A stretch of 64,000 bases of DNA from an uncultured archaeon (GTDB lineage Archaea > Thermoproteota > Bathyarchaeia > Bathyarchaeales > Bathycorpusculaceae): the NCBI GenBank assembly GCA_963810275.1, contig CAWENF010000002.1, positions 32,001 to 96,000 of the forward strand, read 5' to 3'. This document shows positions 61,834 through 64,000 of the stretch, in pieces. The first letter of the stretch is position 1; each line of letters opens with the position of its first letter. The notes under the pieces are model-generated. The model saw nothing but the letters and a program-made list of their open reading frames with translations, did no database searches and was not told the origin of the DNA. The translations under genes were made by a program, and so were the position numbers.

Positions 61834-61955
61834 ATTTTTTGCCCCACAAACAATCCAAAGTTCGTGCCGTGTGGACCAGTAGTTGAGGTGAAAACTTCGC
61901 CAGCAAAATTGTGCAATAACGCTATTCCTTCAAAGTTTTCAAACCATTTTTTCAT
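61830..61955 (-). CDS. Small ORF coupled to the terminase operon (possibly decayed)
   Basis: GGTGAG RBS; MKKWFENFEGIALLHNFAGEVFTSTTGPHGTNFGLFVGQKM*; GTGA overlap with the next gene. Confidence 0.4.
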   Translation of the reverse strand: MKKWFENFEGIALLHNFAGEVFTSTTGPHGTNFGLFVGQKM

Positions 61956-62210
61956 CTTAATAACTCACCTTATGTTTTTGCCACGGCCCACTTTTAGCCA
62001 TATATAATATTGTGATAAACGAAAGCAGATATAGCTTATTACCCTAAAAGTGATAATAACCTTTATATGGGACCAATAACGGCAACAGATTTTTCCATCG
62101 TTTTAGAGAAAGCCATTGATCTCATGAAACTAATGCAACCCTAAACAACTTAGAGCATACTTTATGAGGAACGAAGCGAATTTTTAAGGAAAAACTCGCA
62201 GTGATTTGAT

Positions 62211-63299
62211 ATGAAGCCTATTATCGTAGTTACTGGCACCCGCCCAGAAATCATAAAGATGGCTCCGATACTGCGCGCTCTTAAAAAAACCAATCTGCCT
62301 TACCTGTTTGTACATTGCGGGCAACACTACGACTACAATATGGCACAGCAATTCATCGAAAATCTTGAATTATCCACACCTGACAACTGGCTCAAAATTG
62401 ATTCCGCCTCGCCAGGAGCGCAAACAGCAGAGATCATGACCAAGATGGACCAGTTAATAGAAAAAGTTGACCCCTCGGCAGTTTTGGTTGAAGGCGACAC
62501 CAACACGGTGTTGGCATCGGCGTTGGCTGCAAGCAAGCGGGTCGTTCCAATTGGGCATGTTGAGGCGGGGCTGCGTAGTTTTGACTTGCGTATGCCAGAG
62601 GAGCATAACCGCCGCTTAACTGACCACATCTCCGAATACCTTTTTGCTCCAACAGAACGGGCGAAGTCAAATCTGCAGGGCGAGAACGTTTGGGGCAAAA
62701 TTTACCTTACAGGCAACACCGCAATAGACGCCGTCAACGAGCATCTGCCTATAGCTGAGAAAAAATCCAACATAATGGAGCAAATTCCGTTTGACAAGTT
62801 CGCCTTGGCAACAGCGCACAGAGCAGAAAACGTTGACGATCCCGCCGTGCTGCATTCGTTTATAGAGGTTTTTGAAAAGTCGCCATTGCCAATCGTTTAC
62901 CCGATGCATCCGCGTACTAGAAGGCGCCTCCAAGAAAACAGCTTACTCTCCAAAATTGAGGAAATGGATAACCTAAAGGTTTTTGGGCCTTTGGGTTACC
63001 TTGACTTTCTTATTTTAATGCTTAATTGTAGACTAATCATCACTGACTCAGGCGGTATCCAAGAAGAAGCCACTGCTCCCCAAATTCGAAAGCGAGTGCT
63101 TGTGACACGCCTTTCAACCGAGCGTCAAGAAGCAGTTGAAGCGGGATTTGCCACTGTTGTTGGTACTGATAGCAAAAAAATTTTAGAAGCCCTACACGAG
63201 GCTGCAGACACAAATGAAAATTTACCTTATTTCTCACCATTCGGCGACGGCAAAGCTGCATTTCGTACGGTGGAGCTCTTAAAGAAAAATCTATATTGA
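62211..63299 (+). CDS. wecB: UDP-N-acetylglucosamine 2-epimerase (non-hydrolysing)
   Basis: GTRPEIIK, GQH, GDTNT, HVEAGLRS, PEEHNR, HRAEN, TDSGGIQEE. Confidence 0.95.
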   Translation: MKPIIVVTGTRPEIIKMAPILRALKKTNLPYLFVHCGQHYDYNMAQQFIENLELSTPDNWLKIDSASPGAQTAEIMTKMDQLIEKVDPSAVLVEGDTNTVLASALAASKRVVPIGHVEAGLRSFDLRMPEEHNRRLTDHISEYLFAPTERAKSNLQGENVWGKIYLTGNTAIDAVNEHLPIAEKKSNIMEQIPFDKFALATAHRAENVDDPAVLHSFIEVFEKSPLPIVYPMHPRTRRRLQENSLLSKIEEMDNLKVFGPLGYLDFLILMLNCRLIITDSGGIQEEATAPQIRKRVLVTRLSTERQEAVEAGFATVVGTDSKKILEALHEAADTNENLPYFSPFGDGKAAFRTVELLKKNLY

Positions 63300-63857
63300 T
63301 ATTTGCCGGTTTTTCACAATTACTTCTTCTACTGCGACAGACGCACTTGTATATTGGAACCAGAAATTCTGGGTTTATAGTTCAAGCCTAACACGTGGGA
63401 CATGCGGAAGGCACATTTTATTCCATTAATCAATAGCTTATGACAAAAGGCGCGGTTATGATTGCCAATGACCCTATTGCAAAACAAACTATCCATTCCA
63501 CTTTTAAAAAACACAGCGCACATGCCACTTCGGCAATTGAATGCCTACACAAACGATGACTGATGTTTTGTACTGACTGTGTGACCTGAATTCAAAGAGT
63601 TGTTGCAAGCAACATCTTAGCAGGTACAAAACAAAGCAACCTGATAGATGACCAATGAACCATGACCCTGCGGGGTGTGAAACAAAACTTAACTTTATAG
63701 CAAATAGGTTTGGGCAGTGAAACGCCTGCAAGTCGTTGAAAAGGTCAATTGTGGTTTGCTGAAATCTACTGACTTCACGGTTCAATAATCTTATTGATGA
63801 TTCTGTTTAACAATAGATATTTATTTTTTCATGATGATATAGGTAAGGCAAACTCGG

Positions 63858-64000
63858 ATGGCTGGATTAGAAGTGACCATATGCATAATGGGACTTGGCA
63901 ATATTGGTTTACCTGTAGCGTGCTACGCGCTAAAATATTATCCGCAGGTCCTCGGCTTTGACATAAACCCGCATGCGGTTAAGCGAGCAAAAGCGGAAGG
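63858..64000 (+). CDS. Nucleotide-sugar dehydrogenase N-terminus (WecC/UDP-glucose dehydrogenase family), partial
   Basis: ICIMGLGNIGLPVA...VLGFDIN Rossmann motif; runs off the window. Confidence 0.8.
   Translation, partial: MAGLEVTICIMGLGNIGLPVACYALKYYPQVLGFDINPHAVKRAKAE

Larger units (their letters stand above)
40170..62100. mobile_element. Decayed integrative element/island anchored at tRNA-Cys (right boundary uncertain)
   Basis: tRNA 3' duplication, adjacent integrase remnant, several pseudogenes, AT-richer patches, terminase module at the far end. Confidence 0.55.

Noticed and set aside
30241-61955. Tail tube genes and terminase as parts of one provirus
   Set aside because: They are about 29 kb apart and separated by core genes (aIF1, tfb, tRNAs); the tube pair resembles eCIS rather than viral tail modules.
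63329-63785. Cys-containing minus-strand ORFs between wecB and the dehydrogenase
   Set aside because: No recognisable motif and atypical composition; not supportable as genes.
1-64000. CRISPR array or cas genes
   Set aside because: No regularly spaced direct repeats and no Cas motifs seen.

Overview
Archaeal chromosomal DNA (TFB, RadA, aIF1, archaeal SRP RNA, TATA promoters). The gene-family mix (PQQ-repeat surface protein, GHDIRNPLQA histidine kinases, integrase ending in KLFRKRK) suggests Candidatus Bathyarchaeia; that taxonomy is my inference. Positions 1-40 kb are mostly backbone: cbiM(N), radA, rqcH, UDG, bcp, a divergent CysRS-like ligase, SRP RNA, a trpEGDCBA operon with a TGTACA-N4-TGTACA box, cutA, trmO, aIF1, tfb, tRNA-Gln, an ACD-GNAT fusion and tRNA-Cys. 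From tRNA-Cys (40.1 kb) to about 62.1 kb lies an accessory island with a duplicated tRNA 3' end, a dead tyrosine integrase, stress cargo (nitroreductase, truncated TPS/TPP, catalase, MrfAB-like pair) and a terminase without portal or capsid genes. A wecB/wecC-type glycan locus starts at the right edge. Best candidates for undescribed biology: (i) an orphan two-gene contractile-injection-system tube module (gp19-type tube plus Afp7-like protein) with no sheath, baseplate or spike; (ii) a CysRS paralogue with altered zinc ligands and no anticodon domain; (iii) the terminase-only element. Eight genes are split by extra bases (mostly one A/T), which look like sequencing or assembly errors. All family assignments come from motif recognition by eye, not database searches.
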